Below, piece after piece: positions 47,990-57,585 of a DNA stretch of 57,676 bases (positions are counted from its first letter, which is position 1; every line of letters starts with the position of its first letter). The stretch spans positions 1 through 57,676 of the IMG/VR virus record IMGVR_UViG_3300037760_000045; one strand, given 5' to 3'. The position numbers were made by a program, and so were the translations under genes. The notes beneath the pieces were generated by a model that made no database searches, was not told the origin of the DNA, and saw nothing but the letters and a program-made list of their open reading frames with translations. Source of the DNA: a virus. Its lineage: Duplodnaviria; Caudoviricetes.

Positions 47990-48314
47990 CACGCCACTCT
48001 TGAATACAGCCGCTGATGCTGTTGGTGATGAATTAGAGACGTTGTTCTATGCGATCCAGGACGGGGATACCGGGGCAGACCAGGTAAGCAATGAGCGACT
48101 TCAGCCGACGTATGACGCGGCGGCAGGAGGAGTTGCCGCACTCGCTGCGACGCTGAGCTTTACCGGCACAGGGTCTCAGGCCGTGTCACATCTCGGCGTG
48201 TATGGGGATCTGGCAGGTGCTACATTCCGCTTCGCAGAGGCTCTTACAGGCGATCTCGCCTTCAATGCGAACGGAGACCTCAACCTCACCGTATGCCCAG
48301 TTAACGTGACATAG
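47982..48314 (+). CDS. Small beta-rich virion protein
   Basis: VSHLGVYGDLAGATF...FNANGDLNL; lies in the head region. Confidence 0.65.
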   Translation: MTDTPLLNTAADAVGDELETLFYAIQDGDTGADQVSNERLQPTYDAAAGGVAALAATLSFTGTGSQAVSHLGVYGDLAGATFRFAEALTGDLAFNANGDLNLTVCPVNVT

Positions 48315-48321
48315 GCGAGCC

Positions 48322-49743
48322 ATGACGCCGATCGTTGCATCCGTTGCTTCTGCAGACGGCACTAGTGACTATCCTGTCGCGGTGCCGTCTGGAACGACCG
48401 ATGGAGACTTGTTGATTGGCGTTGTGGCGAGTGACTGGGGGAACTTCAACGGCAATAGCCTGCCAACGGCTTCATGGACTCGGTTGGCGACGTCGGATTT
48501 CGATGGCGGGACTAACGCGATCCATGTCGCGTTGTACTTTCGCATAGCCTCCAGCGAACCGGCTACTTATACAGTTGGCGTCAATGGCGGAGCGGATTCC
48601 GTAGCGGCGATCCTGCGGGTTACTGGAGCGGAAAGTACGCCGACAATCGCAGAGGTTGCGCCGACAACTACTAACAACGGACTAGATGCTCCATCGATTA
48701 CGCCGAATGACGTTGACGATCTTCTGCTCACATTCCATTGTACAGAGACATCTGGTGGCGGTTCGATCAACTGGACGCCTCCCGCTGGGATGACGGAGGA
48801 GATAGACCGGCAGTCGACGACCTGGACATCTCTGCTCGTGGCGTCTCTCGCAGACCCATCGTCACCGTCAGGGGTCAAGCAGGCATCAGGAGTTCTCGCT
48901 GATAATGGAGCAGGGTGCACGATTTCGATCGCGGCGGCTAGCGGTGAAGTCGTTCCAGAGGTTGCATCATCGATAGACCTAGCCGTGGATCTTGTTCCTT
49001 CCACTACCTCTGAGCATGATGTGGGCTCTAGCATTTCCATATCGGTGGATCTCGCTCCTGAAACCGAGGCGACACACAACGTAGGAAGCTCTATAAGCCT
49101 CTCTACGGCCCTGAATCCTGAAGCTGAGGCGATACACGAGGTAGGCGCTGAAATCGCCTTAGCGGCTAACCTCGCGCCGCTGAGCGCTACTTCTCACGAT
49201 GTCGGAGCGGCGATAGAGCTGGAAACGAGCCTATCGCCCACGTCTCAGGTCGTCCATGAAGCGGGATCCACAATCGATCTTGTAGTGGCAATTGCGCCTA
49301 TCGCTGAAGCTCCAGCCCTTACACCAGAAGTCTCAGCGAGCATCGATCTCGCATTGGGTATTGCGCCTATCGCTGAGACGTCTCATAGCGCTGAAGCGAG
49401 CATAGATCTGGCCGTGGCGCTGGATCCCGTCACGGTTGCTCCCAGCGGGGGCGTTCCGGAAGTAGCGTCGGCAATAGAACTAGGACTGACGGTTAGCGGA
49501 ACAACTGAAGCCACGCACGATGTTCAGGCGCTCCTCCCCATTTCCCTCGCAGTCGCTCCAAGGACGGAGACGGTTCACGAGGTCGGTGCGAGTGTAGACA
49601 TGGGGATAACGATTGCGCCTGTGAGCGGGGTGCAACAGATCTTTGAGATCTTGAGCGTTGTGCTAAAGCCGAGAGGTTTTGCTGCAGGGCTGAAGAAGAT
49701 CTGGTATGGCGATCTATCTAAGAAGTCCTGGAGGAGTAAATGA
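48322..49743 (+). CDS. Fibre-like virion protein: beta-sandwich N-domain plus about 12 20-aa repeats
   Basis: VPSGTTDGDLLIGVV...ASSEPATYT domain; repeats of H[DE]VGxxIxLxxxLxPxxxxx. Confidence 0.7.
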   Translation: MTPIVASVASADGTSDYPVAVPSGTTDGDLLIGVVASDWGNFNGNSLPTASWTRLATSDFDGGTNAIHVALYFRIASSEPATYTVGVNGGADSVAAILRVTGAESTPTIAEVAPTTTNNGLDAPSITPNDVDDLLLTFHCTETSGGGSINWTPPAGMTEEIDRQSTTWTSLLVASLADPSSPSGVKQASGVLADNGAGCTISIAAASGEVVPEVASSIDLAVDLVPSTTSEHDVGSSISISVDLAPETEATHNVGSSISLSTALNPEAEAIHEVGAEIALAANLAPLSATSHDVGAAIELETSLSPTSQVVHEAGSTIDLVVAIAPIAEAPALTPEVSASIDLALGIAPIAETSHSAEASIDLAVALDPVTVAPSGGVPEVASAIELGLTVSGTTEATHDVQALLPISLAVAPRTETVHEVGASVDMGITIAPVSGVQQIFEILSVVLKPRGFAAGLKKIWYGDLSKKSWRSK

Positions 49744-50054
49744 GCCTGAGATATCAGACCCAGCCTGTGGAGTCTAAGGAAGAGCTGACCGTTGAGGTGG
49801 TGGCGAATGTTACATTAGACACTCAGCCTGTCGCCTTTGCGATCCTTCCTGAGAATGATCCGCCGGACGATGGCACCGTGTACACCGATGGGGACTGGAT
49901 GGGAGATCCAGGAACGACGCGGGAAGCTCAGATTATCGTTGGGCCTGGAGGAGCGATTGAGGACCTAACGGCTGGGTGGTACGACATTTATGTCCGTGTG
50001 ACAGATCCTGCTGTTACCCCTGTAATCTTCTCTGGACGTCTGCGGTTGTACTGA
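49740..50054 (+). CDS. Small Ig-like adaptor protein
   Basis: Beta-rich; GWYDIYVRVTD...PVIFSGRLRL. Confidence 0.6.
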   Translation: MSLRYQTQPVESKEELTVEVVANVTLDTQPVAFAILPENDPPDDGTVYTDGDWMGDPGTTREAQIIVGPGGAIEDLTAGWYDIYVRVTDPAVTPVIFSGRLRLY

Positions 50055-51118
50055 TGGCTGTCAATGAGGAGACGATCAGGTACAGCAATGGGCTACGCCT
50101 GACCATTGATGAAATCGTAGACACGCAGACTGCCGATATCGCGAGGGCGTGGGGCCAGACGTGGGATGATCTACGGGGCGACTGGGAGAGATCTTTAGCA
50201 GATCTGACGAGCGGAGAGCGTTGGCCGAGTCAGACTCAGATCAGACGTTCCCGCCGCACCTTGGCCGTGCTCCAGGAGACGGAGAAGGCCCTCAACCGGC
50301 TTACCAGCAATGGGACTATCCGGATCAATCAGGATGTGAGCCGGGCTGTCGATGATGCCGAGAGGTTTAACCGGCTCATGATGGCATCGCAATACCCCGA
50401 TAGCGCGAAACGAAGAGCAGGCGGAACAGCGGGATTGAGTGCTACCTTCAACCAGGTAGATGGACGTGCTCTCGCGACGATTGTGGAGCGAACTACCGGC
50501 AGCGTGACAAGGCTCGCACGGTCGATTAGTGCAGATGCTTATGGGATAATTCTGAGCCAGCTGCGGACGGGCATAGCGATTGGGGATAACCCACGGACGG
50601 CTGCGAGTAAGATGCTGAGCCGGATCCAGGGTGGATTTACCCATGGACGATATCGGCTTGACAACATCGCCAGGACGGAGATGCTGGACGCTAACCGTGC
50701 ATCGTCTATGGCGTCGATGCGGGCTAATGAAGACATCCTGGAAGGCTGGCAGTGGCTCGCTGAGCTGGATGATCGGACTTGTCCATCGTGCTGGAGTAAA
50801 CACGGCGAGGTATTCCCGATGACTATTCCCGGGCCAGACGATCATCAGCAGGGGCGCTGTACGTCCCTGCCCGCGACCAGGAGCTGGAAGGATTTGGGCT
50901 TTGAGGATATCGATGAGCCTGAATCGATATTGCCTAATGCAGAAGACACATTCAATGCCCTTCCGGATAGCAGTAAATTGGAAATAATGGGACCGGGTAG
51001 ACTTTCGCTATTGAACAGTGGAGATGTGTCTTGGTCTGACTTGTCTACATTCCGGCTAAATCCTGATTGGAGAGGGAGTTATGTACCAACTCCAGTATCT
51101 GCATTGGGGGTCGGGTAA
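50054..51118 (+). CDS. MuF-like minor head protein
   Basis: IARTE, WQWLAELDDRTCPSCWSKHG, HQQGRC. Confidence 0.88.
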   Translation: MAVNEETIRYSNGLRLTIDEIVDTQTADIARAWGQTWDDLRGDWERSLADLTSGERWPSQTQIRRSRRTLAVLQETEKALNRLTSNGTIRINQDVSRAVDDAERFNRLMMASQYPDSAKRRAGGTAGLSATFNQVDGRALATIVERTTGSVTRLARSISADAYGIILSQLRTGIAIGDNPRTAASKMLSRIQGGFTHGRYRLDNIARTEMLDANRASSMASMRANEDILEGWQWLAELDDRTCPSCWSKHGEVFPMTIPGPDDHQQGRCTSLPATRSWKDLGFEDIDEPESILPNAEDTFNALPDSSKLEIMGPGRLSLLNSGDVSWSDLSTFRLNPDWRGSYVPTPVSALGVG

Positions 51119-52452
51119 TGTCTACAACGCTTGCTGAGAGTGGCAGGCTGGTCGAGAACATTGCGGAAGTATCCTCGCAGCGGGTAAAGATCCGTCTCAT
51201 TGAAGGTGAACGCTGGGGGTCTTCTGGGTATTACAGTGCGGAGATGCTAAAGCGGGATGGCCCAACGGCTTTCCCAGCAGGTACACAGATGTATCTTGAC
51301 CACCCCTCCTTTACAGAGGAACAGGACCGTCCAGAGCGCTCAGTTAGAGATCTCGCTGGTGTACTCATTACAGAGGCGAAGTGGGAGAAGGATGGCCTGT
51401 ACTCTGAGATCCGTATCTATGAGCACTGGGCCCTTGTGATTAAGGAGCTGGCTGAAGATATCGGCATCTCTGTGCGGGCCATGGGCGAGGCTGAACAAGG
51501 TGAGCAGGGTGGACGTTCCGGCCCAATCATCACCAAGATCACAGAGGGGATATCTGTTGACTTTGTGACCAAAGCTGGAGCAGGCGGGAAGATTGTGAGC
51601 CTGATCGAGTCTGCGAGGAAGCATACAATGCCTGATGATTTCAAGAATGCCAGGCCTCTTATCCGGGAGGCAACCTCCGATGACAGAAGGCAGCAACTCA
51701 ATTCCGCCGTAAAATCTGCCTATGGCGCTGAAGATACCTACATCTGGGTACAGGACTTTGATATGGACGATGAGGTCGTCTACTTCTCAGTCCACTCAGA
51801 AGACCTATCTAAAGTCTATGGCCAATCCTATGAAGTCGCGTCTGACGATCTCTCCGTGAATCTAACGGGGGGCCGGTACGAGGTCAGGCAGCGAACCCAA
51901 TACGTACCAGTATCCACACCACAAACTGTTACTGAAAAGACCGAGAGCAAGAAAGCTGATTCACCTGCCACTAAGGAGGCAGCAATGGGTGAAGTCACGA
52001 TCGACGAGCGAGAGCTCACTACTTTGCGCGAATCTGCCGGTAAGGTGGAGGAGTTGCAAGAAAGCCTCAAGGAGTCTCAGAAGGAGACCGTAGAGGCACA
52101 GAAGATTGCCACGCGGGAGTCGATGCGAGCGAACCGGCAGCACGCCCGCCGGATTGTTGCAGAAGAGCTGCAAGAGGCCAAGATCAAGGCTCCAGCCCTG
52201 GCGAAGTCCCTGAGCGTTGACCCTCCGATCTTGGAGGAAGACGACAAGGACGGCAACAAGGCTGGAAGCGTCAACGAGGCTGAACTGCGGAAGACCGTCA
52301 AAGAGGCTATCGCTGAGATCCAGGTTGAGGTCGATGAAAGCAGCGGCGGTGTTCGCGGATTCGGGCCAGGCTCTGAAGAGAAGGAATTCAAAGAGTCGGA
52401 CTTTGATGACATGAGCGCGACAATCTTCGGACGCAAGAAGGTTGGTGCCTGA
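51118..52452 (+). CDS. Capsid maturation protease / scaffold fusion
   Basis: MYLDHP, RSVRDLAG, IGISV, SVDFVTKAGAGG; coiled-coil C-half. Confidence 0.85.
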   Translation: MSTTLAESGRLVENIAEVSSQRVKIRLIEGERWGSSGYYSAEMLKRDGPTAFPAGTQMYLDHPSFTEEQDRPERSVRDLAGVLITEAKWEKDGLYSEIRIYEHWALVIKELAEDIGISVRAMGEAEQGEQGGRSGPIITKITEGISVDFVTKAGAGGKIVSLIESARKHTMPDDFKNARPLIREATSDDRRQQLNSAVKSAYGAEDTYIWVQDFDMDDEVVYFSVHSEDLSKVYGQSYEVASDDLSVNLTGGRYEVRQRTQYVPVSTPQTVTEKTESKKADSPATKEAAMGEVTIDERELTTLRESAGKVEELQESLKESQKETVEAQKIATRESMRANRQHARRIVAEELQEAKIKAPALAKSLSVDPPILEEDDKDGNKAGSVNEAELRKTVKEAIAEIQVEVDESSGGVRGFGPGSEEKEFKESDFDDMSATIFGRKKVGA

Positions 52453-52453
52453 G

Positions 52454-52789
52454 ATGGCGAAGAACTTTGTATACGACCAGGGCAACTGGCTTCCGCTAGT
52501 TCCGGACGTCGGGCCGAATGACCCTGTGCTTAGTGGAGATCCTGTCCTTGTTGGGGATCTCCCTGGTGTAGCAGTTATCGACGCCGACGATGAACTTGGC
52601 ACGGGAGTCTGCACGGTCAAGATGGATGGCGTGGCGACCCTTGAGGTTACAGGGGCGACCGCTGTCGGGGACATTGTCTATATGGCTGCGGCTGGCACCC
52701 TCAGCACAACGAATACGGATACCCGGTTCGGCTATGCGCTTGAGGCGCAGGCTGCTACCGGAACGATCATGGTGAAGGTGGGCTACTGA
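52454..52789 (+). CDS. Capsid decoration (DUF2190-like) protein
   Basis: MAKNFVYDQG, SGDPVLVG, GDIVY, FGYAL. Confidence 0.85.
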   Translation: MAKNFVYDQGNWLPLVPDVGPNDPVLSGDPVLVGDLPGVAVIDADDELGTGVCTVKMDGVATLEVTGATAVGDIVYMAAAGTLSTTNTDTRFGYALEAQAATGTIMVKVGY

Positions 52790-52790
52790 G

Positions 52791-53990
52791 ATGGGTGCAT
52801 CTGCTGTCAAGTTCCAAGCCACTTCTGAAGTTCTAGAGGGTGGCAAATACGTTCACGAGAAGTTCTCTCGCCCACGAGGTGGCCCGAAGTACTTCACGCA
52901 GCTGAATGAGGCATACCAGCTCTTTGGCCGTGCGATGGGCGGATCCAAGCGCGCAATGCTGGATCTTGTGGAAGCTTTCTCGACTGATGATTTTCCGTTC
53001 CTCTTCGGAGACATCCTCAGCCGTGAACTCCTCCCGCAATACCAGGTTGCACCTGCGATCTGGCCGCAGTTCACGCGCCGGACTGTCACGCGGGACTTCC
53101 GTAATCACAAGCTGGTCGATCTCCTGGGCGGTCAGGGAATTCTGGATGCTGTTCCAGAGCTGAGCGAGTACAAGGCTCGTGATCTGGACGAAGCAGAGTA
53201 CGAACTACGCGTCCGTAAGTACGGTGCGCGGTTCGCTCTCTCGTGGGAATCCCTGGTTAATGACGACTTGGGAGGCCTGGATGGTCTTCCCAATCGTCTC
53301 GCAGTCTCGGCGCGGCGTACCGAAGACCACCACGCGACGTCGATGTTCGTCGGAGCGGCAGGTCCACTGACCACCTTCTGGCAGAATTACGGAACGTTTG
53401 ACAACCGTGCGACTGCTGCTGTTATGGGAAATGATTCCGCAGGGAATCCCATCGGAGACAACCCTGATCTAACAGTGGACAGTCTTGATGCGGCGATTAC
53501 GGCAATCATGAGCCGTCTCGATGAGGATGGCGCCCCCGTGATGGTGGATGGCCTGATCCTGGTGGTCCCTCCTGCGCTTACGAATGTTGCGGCAAGGATC
53601 TTGGAGGCAAGGGAACTCCGCATTTCAGAAGGTAGCAATGTTGAGATCATTGTTGGTAACTATCTGTCTGGACAGGTTGAACCTGTGACTAACCCCTGGT
53701 TGCCAGTTATCGACCAGAGCGGGAACAGTTCGACAACCTGGTATCTGCTCCCTGTCCCCTCTTCGCCACGTCCAGCCCTCGCGATGGGATTCCTACGGGG
53801 CAATGAGACTCCTGACCTACGCCTGAAGTCTTCAGACTCTCAGCGCGTTGGTGGCGGCCTGATGGCCCCTGAGGACGGCTCCTTTGACAACGACGACATC
53901 CAGTACCGGGTACGTCACGTCATGGGTGGCGCAACCGTTGACCCGTTTGCGACCTTGGCAAGCCAGGGCACTGGCGACCCGTGGGCGTGA
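52791..53990 (+). CDS. Major capsid protein (Mu gpT-like)
   Basis: STDDFP, RDF, VPELSEY, KYGARFALSWESLVNDDL, LVVPPAL, YRVRH. Confidence 0.92.
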   Translation: MGASAVKFQATSEVLEGGKYVHEKFSRPRGGPKYFTQLNEAYQLFGRAMGGSKRAMLDLVEAFSTDDFPFLFGDILSRELLPQYQVAPAIWPQFTRRTVTRDFRNHKLVDLLGGQGILDAVPELSEYKARDLDEAEYELRVRKYGARFALSWESLVNDDLGGLDGLPNRLAVSARRTEDHHATSMFVGAAGPLTTFWQNYGTFDNRATAAVMGNDSAGNPIGDNPDLTVDSLDAAITAIMSRLDEDGAPVMVDGLILVVPPALTNVAARILEARELRISEGSNVEIIVGNYLSGQVEPVTNPWLPVIDQSGNSSTTWYLLPVPSSPRPALAMGFLRGNETPDLRLKSSDSQRVGGGLMAPEDGSFDNDDIQYRVRHVMGGATVDPFATLASQGTGDPWA

Positions 53991-53994
53991 TCTG

Positions 53995-54393
53995 ATGGAT
54001 AGATACATAGTAATTCACAACATGAATCCACAAATTGTGATAGGGACTGCTGGTGTGCCATATGAATGGCTGGTAGTGGATACTGTTGGTAAATGGATTG
54101 TCTGCAATTGCGGGGCGGGTAATTCAGCGACATCTAATTGGGAAGGGCGACAGAAAGCGGATGCAATTGCAGCACTTCTGAATGCCAATCCCATTACATA
54201 AGGGAGTATCCTGATGCCTCCACGAAAGAGACGGCTGGCGACTACAACTGAGATTCTCCTGGACGAACTTCTGACAGAGGTCAAGGGTCTGCGGAAGGAT
54301 CTCAAGAAGATCGCAATTCTGGAGCCAGTGGAGCAGCCTCCCGTTCGTAAAAAGGCGGCTGCCAAGAAGAAAGAAACCCCCGAAGAAGAATGA
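53995..54393 (+). CDS. Two small ORFs after the capsid gene (53995-54201; 54214-54393)
   Basis: First is more AT-rich with a CNC motif; second is Lys/Glu-rich. Confidence 0.55.
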
Positions 54394-54412
54394 TCCAGAG
54401 AGGTGAGTAGGC

Positions 54413-54769
54413 GTGGCTATCGATTACAGCACGGACGTCGGGAAAGTGCGCCTGCTTATCTCTGACGCTGATGAAGACAATTTCATTCTTACGGCTGATC
54501 AGATAAATGGCTTCCTAGCTATTGAGTCCGGAATCAAGAAAGCTGCGGCTGCGGCGCTTGACTCGATTGCGACTTCTGAAGCGCTCATTGGCAAGGTCAT
54601 CCGCACCCAGGATCTCCAGACCGATGGAGCTAAGCTCGCTGACTCGCTGCGGAAGCGAGCCGAGACACTTCGCAAAGAAGACGATGAAGATGCGGCTTTC
54701 TTTGACGTTGTGAACTTTGACCCGCATCGACGATTGTCGAAGTTTGAGCTAGCGGAGTCGGAGGAGTAA
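54413..54769 (+). CDS. Head-to-tail adaptor
   Basis: VGKVRLLISD...AAAALDSIA...DLQTDGAKLADSLR. Confidence 0.8.
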   Translation: MAIDYSTDVGKVRLLISDADEDNFILTADQINGFLAIESGIKKAAAAALDSIATSEALIGKVIRTQDLQTDGAKLADSLRKRAETLRKEDDEDAAFFDVVNFDPHRRLSKFELAESEE

Positions 54770-54771
54770 CC

Positions 54772-55218
54772 ATGCCTCTTGAATCCACGCGGCTCATCCA
54801 CCCGGACTGGAGCGAGCATCACTACGCGACCGTAGACGGTTCGCTAACGGCTCTTTGTACGATCTGGAGGGAAGGGGAGGGCGAATCGGTTTTCGACCCA
54901 GAGACGGGCGAGACGACGCCCCCTGACCCCATCGAGATCTACAGCAATAATCCGTGCCGGATACAGCAGCACAGAGTTGCGGATGCGGCTGTGGCGGCCG
55001 ATGACGACATCCTTGTAACGCGCTACCTGGTTGTGGTGCGGGCAGATGTCGCGCCGATCCGCGCCGGACAAGATGAAGACTGGCTGATTGTTGACGCCTG
55101 TGAGGACGATCCACAGCTTGTCGGGAAGCGGATGCAGATTGAGGAGATGACATACGGCTCTCTACGATGGGAGAGAGATCTCACATGTAGTCTCGACTTC
55201 TCTAGGGGTGATAGCTGA
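54772..55218 (+). CDS. Head-to-tail stopper (DUF6093-like)
   Basis: CTIWR...FDPETG...IY...PCRIQ; synteny. Confidence 0.75.
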   Translation: MPLESTRLIHPDWSEHHYATVDGSLTALCTIWREGEGESVFDPETGETTPPDPIEIYSNNPCRIQQHRVADAAVAADDDILVTRYLVVVRADVAPIRAGQDEDWLIVDACEDDPQLVGKRMQIEEMTYGSLRWERDLTCSLDFSRGDS

Positions 55219-55571
55219 TGCCAGAAGTCTCGTTTGACTTCAGCGAGGTTATTACTCTGACTGGAGATCTCCGTGGAGTCGCCAAAAAGGTTCCAGGCAG
55301 AACGTCGCAAGCAGTTCGCAAGACTGCTTTCGACATTCAGCGTGATGCAAGAATCTTTGCTCCTGTGGATACCGGTTTCCTTCGCAGCTCAATCTCAGTT
55401 ACGACTTCTCATGGCGGTCTGAGAGCTGAGATCGGGCCAACGGCTAACTATGGCGCATTCATCGAATTCGGTACCAGCCGCATGGCCCCGCAGCCGTACA
55501 TGACCCCTGCGACCGAACGGCATGTGCCACTTCTTCAGCGGGCACTAGAGCGGTTAGGGGAGGATATCTAA
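55218..55571 (+). CDS. HK97 gp10-like tail completion protein
   Basis: APVDTGFLRSSI, YGAFIEFGTSRMAPQPYMTPA. Confidence 0.9.
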   Translation: MPEVSFDFSEVITLTGDLRGVAKKVPGRTSQAVRKTAFDIQRDARIFAPVDTGFLRSSISVTTSHGGLRAEIGPTANYGAFIEFGTSRMAPQPYMTPATERHVPLLQRALERLGEDI

Positions 55572-56002
55572 TGGCTACACAGACTCGACTTCCTGATGCC
55601 CGTACTGCTTCCGATGAGCTGTTCTCTGTCATCGATGGCATAACTGCTATTGATGCATTCCACAATGAGGTCGGAGATGTCAACTTCGATGAGGATGGGA
55701 AAGTTCACGGGTATGCCGTACTCTGGACTGGCAACGGGGTCGCGGAGATAAACCGGCTTTGTGCAACGCCAGATTCAAAGAGCTGGATATTCCAGGTGAC
55801 AGCTGCAGGAGGAGATGTCAATAGAGCTTCATGGGTATCGGATAAAGTGGTGAAAGCCTTAACTGGCTTGAGGCTTAGCAACTCTACGCCGATTAATCAG
55901 ATCCTTGACTCTGACAGAGTTCAGAAGGATACAACAGTAGATCCTGCCCGATATTACTTCCCATTATTGTTCGGTTGCAGGCTGGCATTGGAGGATGTCT
56001 AA
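55571..56002 (+). CDS. Tail terminator protein
   Basis: Synteny; YAVLW, FQVTAAG. Confidence 0.7.
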   Translation: MATQTRLPDARTASDELFSVIDGITAIDAFHNEVGDVNFDEDGKVHGYAVLWTGNGVAEINRLCATPDSKSWIFQVTAAGGDVNRASWVSDKVVKALTGLRLSNSTPINQILDSDRVQKDTTVDPARYYFPLLFGCRLALEDV

Positions 56003-56294
56003 AATGGCAGAATGGGTGCGAGTAAAAGACAAGAGGACAGGGCATGAGTACTCTGTCAAGAATGTCAATGAGAAGGTTCATGAGATTCTCGACAAGCCTG
56101 CAGTTAAGGCCAACGGGAAGCCGATGCTAGCGAAGCCACATCGTAGCCTTGAGCCTGCGAATGGTGGAGATGACCTGTCCAAGCTTACCAAGATCGAGTT
56201 GGAAGAGCGTGCTGGATTCGAGCCAGGATCTAGCGGTCTGACCAAGGCCGATCTAATAGCTGACATCGAGAGCAGCAAGGGAGTAGCACAGTGA
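55995..56294 (+). CDS. Small protein with HeH/Rho-N-like C-terminus
   Basis: WVRVKDKRTGHEYSV; DLSKLTKIELEE...TKADLIADI. Confidence 0.65.
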   Translation: MSKMAEWVRVKDKRTGHEYSVKNVNEKVHEILDKPAVKANGKPMLAKPHRSLEPANGGDDLSKLTKIELEERAGFEPGSSGLTKADLIADIESSKGVAQ

Positions 56295-56839
56295 CTATTA
56301 CATTCCCAGAAGGTGTAGAGGGTGAAGGCAATCTTAAGGTTGCCTTTCTTCCTGCTATTGCCGATGTAGATGAACCCTCGCTCGCTGGTGACTTTGGCGG
56401 TGCCGAGATTGAGGTCAGCTGCTATCTTGTTGGAGATGGAGTCTCTAACCATGGTGGATCGCAGGAGACCCGCACTGACCGGCGTCTCTGCTCTCGTCAG
56501 GTGTTTGAATCTCCTGGATCGATCACATACACGGTCGGAGAGATCACCTACGTCTACGATCCACAAGACCCGGAAGATGCGGGTGGTGAGAATGAGGCGT
56601 ATGCGGAACTCTCCGTGGACCGCGTTGGTTTTCTTGTCTTGCGATGGGGCGTCCCATATGAGGATGATTACGCAATAGGTGACATCATCGACATCTTCCC
56701 TGTGATCCTTGGCGCGCAATTCAAGAACCCGCCTGTGATTGGTGCTGGAGCTGGTGGCGGGGGAACGTCGAAACTTACAGTCCGGCAGACTCCATATATC
56801 AGCGGGCCTGCGACTCTGGACACGGCGATAGTAGCCTGA
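56291..56839 (+). CDS. Major tail protein
   Basis: EVSCYL, DRRLCSRQVFESPG, YVYDPQ, GFLVLRWG, GDIIDIFPV. Confidence 0.88.
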   Translation: MTITFPEGVEGEGNLKVAFLPAIADVDEPSLAGDFGGAEIEVSCYLVGDGVSNHGGSQETRTDRRLCSRQVFESPGSITYTVGEITYVYDPQDPEDAGGENEAYAELSVDRVGFLVLRWGVPYEDDYAIGDIIDIFPVILGAQFKNPPVIGAGAGGGGTSKLTVRQTPYISGPATLDTAIVA

Positions 56840-56842
56840 GCT

Positions 56843-56936
56843 GGTCTGGGAGAGAGGTTTTCCTCTGGTTTCCACTTCTCTCTCAGACCTCTAAAAATAG
56901 GAAACCAGAACGGACATAACAGGAAGGGAAACCAGA
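56843..56936 (+). promoter_or_regulatory. Hairpin whose loop is complementary to two downstream GGAAACCAGA copies
   Basis: Stem 56843-56856 / 56876-56889; loop TCTGGTTTCC at 56864-56873; targets at 56900-56909 and 56927-56936. Confidence 0.55.
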
Positions 56937-56937
56937 T

Positions 56938-57585
56938 ATGTCTGTATTCAGCATCCTTGAGGGCGCGACTTTCGCAGAGGACGATGTAAGTCTTGTCATG
57001 AGGCAGGATCTCTCATCGAAGATCGAGAGTCTTGTCAAAGAGATGGCAAAGACAAGACGATCGATCAATAAGGCTGATGATGTTAGGCTGGGAAGTCCTA
57101 AGCTGAGCGACATTGCCAATGAAGAGCTGCAGGAACTAGAGCTGCAGGTTGAGGCTCTAGAAGATCTGGAGAAGGCTAGCGTCCTCACATTTCACATGCG
57201 TGGGGTCTCGACTGACGAGTACAGCCGTGAGCAGGCAGTAGCAGGACGCCCGCGAAAAGACCACCCTGTAGATTCCCAAGTCGGCTACAACATCAACAGG
57301 TTCTATCAGAACCTGATCAAGAAATGCACATTCAGCATTGAAGCTCCAGACGGAAGCTCTGAGAAGTTTGACGCTGGTCACTGGGAGACTATCTGGAGAA
57401 CGATCTCAGATGACCAATATGACGATCTCTGCGCCTGCGCTAACAGGGTGAATCGAAAGGCAAAAAAAGCCCATTCGATGGTTCAGAGCTCAGTACCGAC
57501 GAACGGCTTAGAGCAGCAGCAAAAGCCGCTTATGGACTTGGAATCAGCCATAAACGACTCTCAGGATGGGAACCCAGAGAAGTAA
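56938..57585 (+). CDS. Tail assembly chaperone (gpG-like)
   Basis: Lies between major tail and tape measure on the circle; slippery A AAA AAA at 57462-57468. Confidence 0.85.
   Translation: MSVFSILEGATFAEDDVSLVMRQDLSSKIESLVKEMAKTRRSINKADDVRLGSPKLSDIANEELQELELQVEALEDLEKASVLTFHMRGVSTDEYSREQAVAGRPRKDHPVDSQVGYNINRFYQNLIKKCTFSIEAPDGSSEKFDAGHWETIWRTISDDQYDDLCACANRVNRKAKKAHSMVQSSVPTNGLEQQQKPLMDLESAINDSQDGNPEK

Noticed and set aside
501-57381. Minus-strand ORFs in the track (e.g. 1386-2078, 41821-42495, 51961-52674, 56078-56875)
   Set aside because: They lie antisense to well-supported + strand genes and show no recognisable motifs
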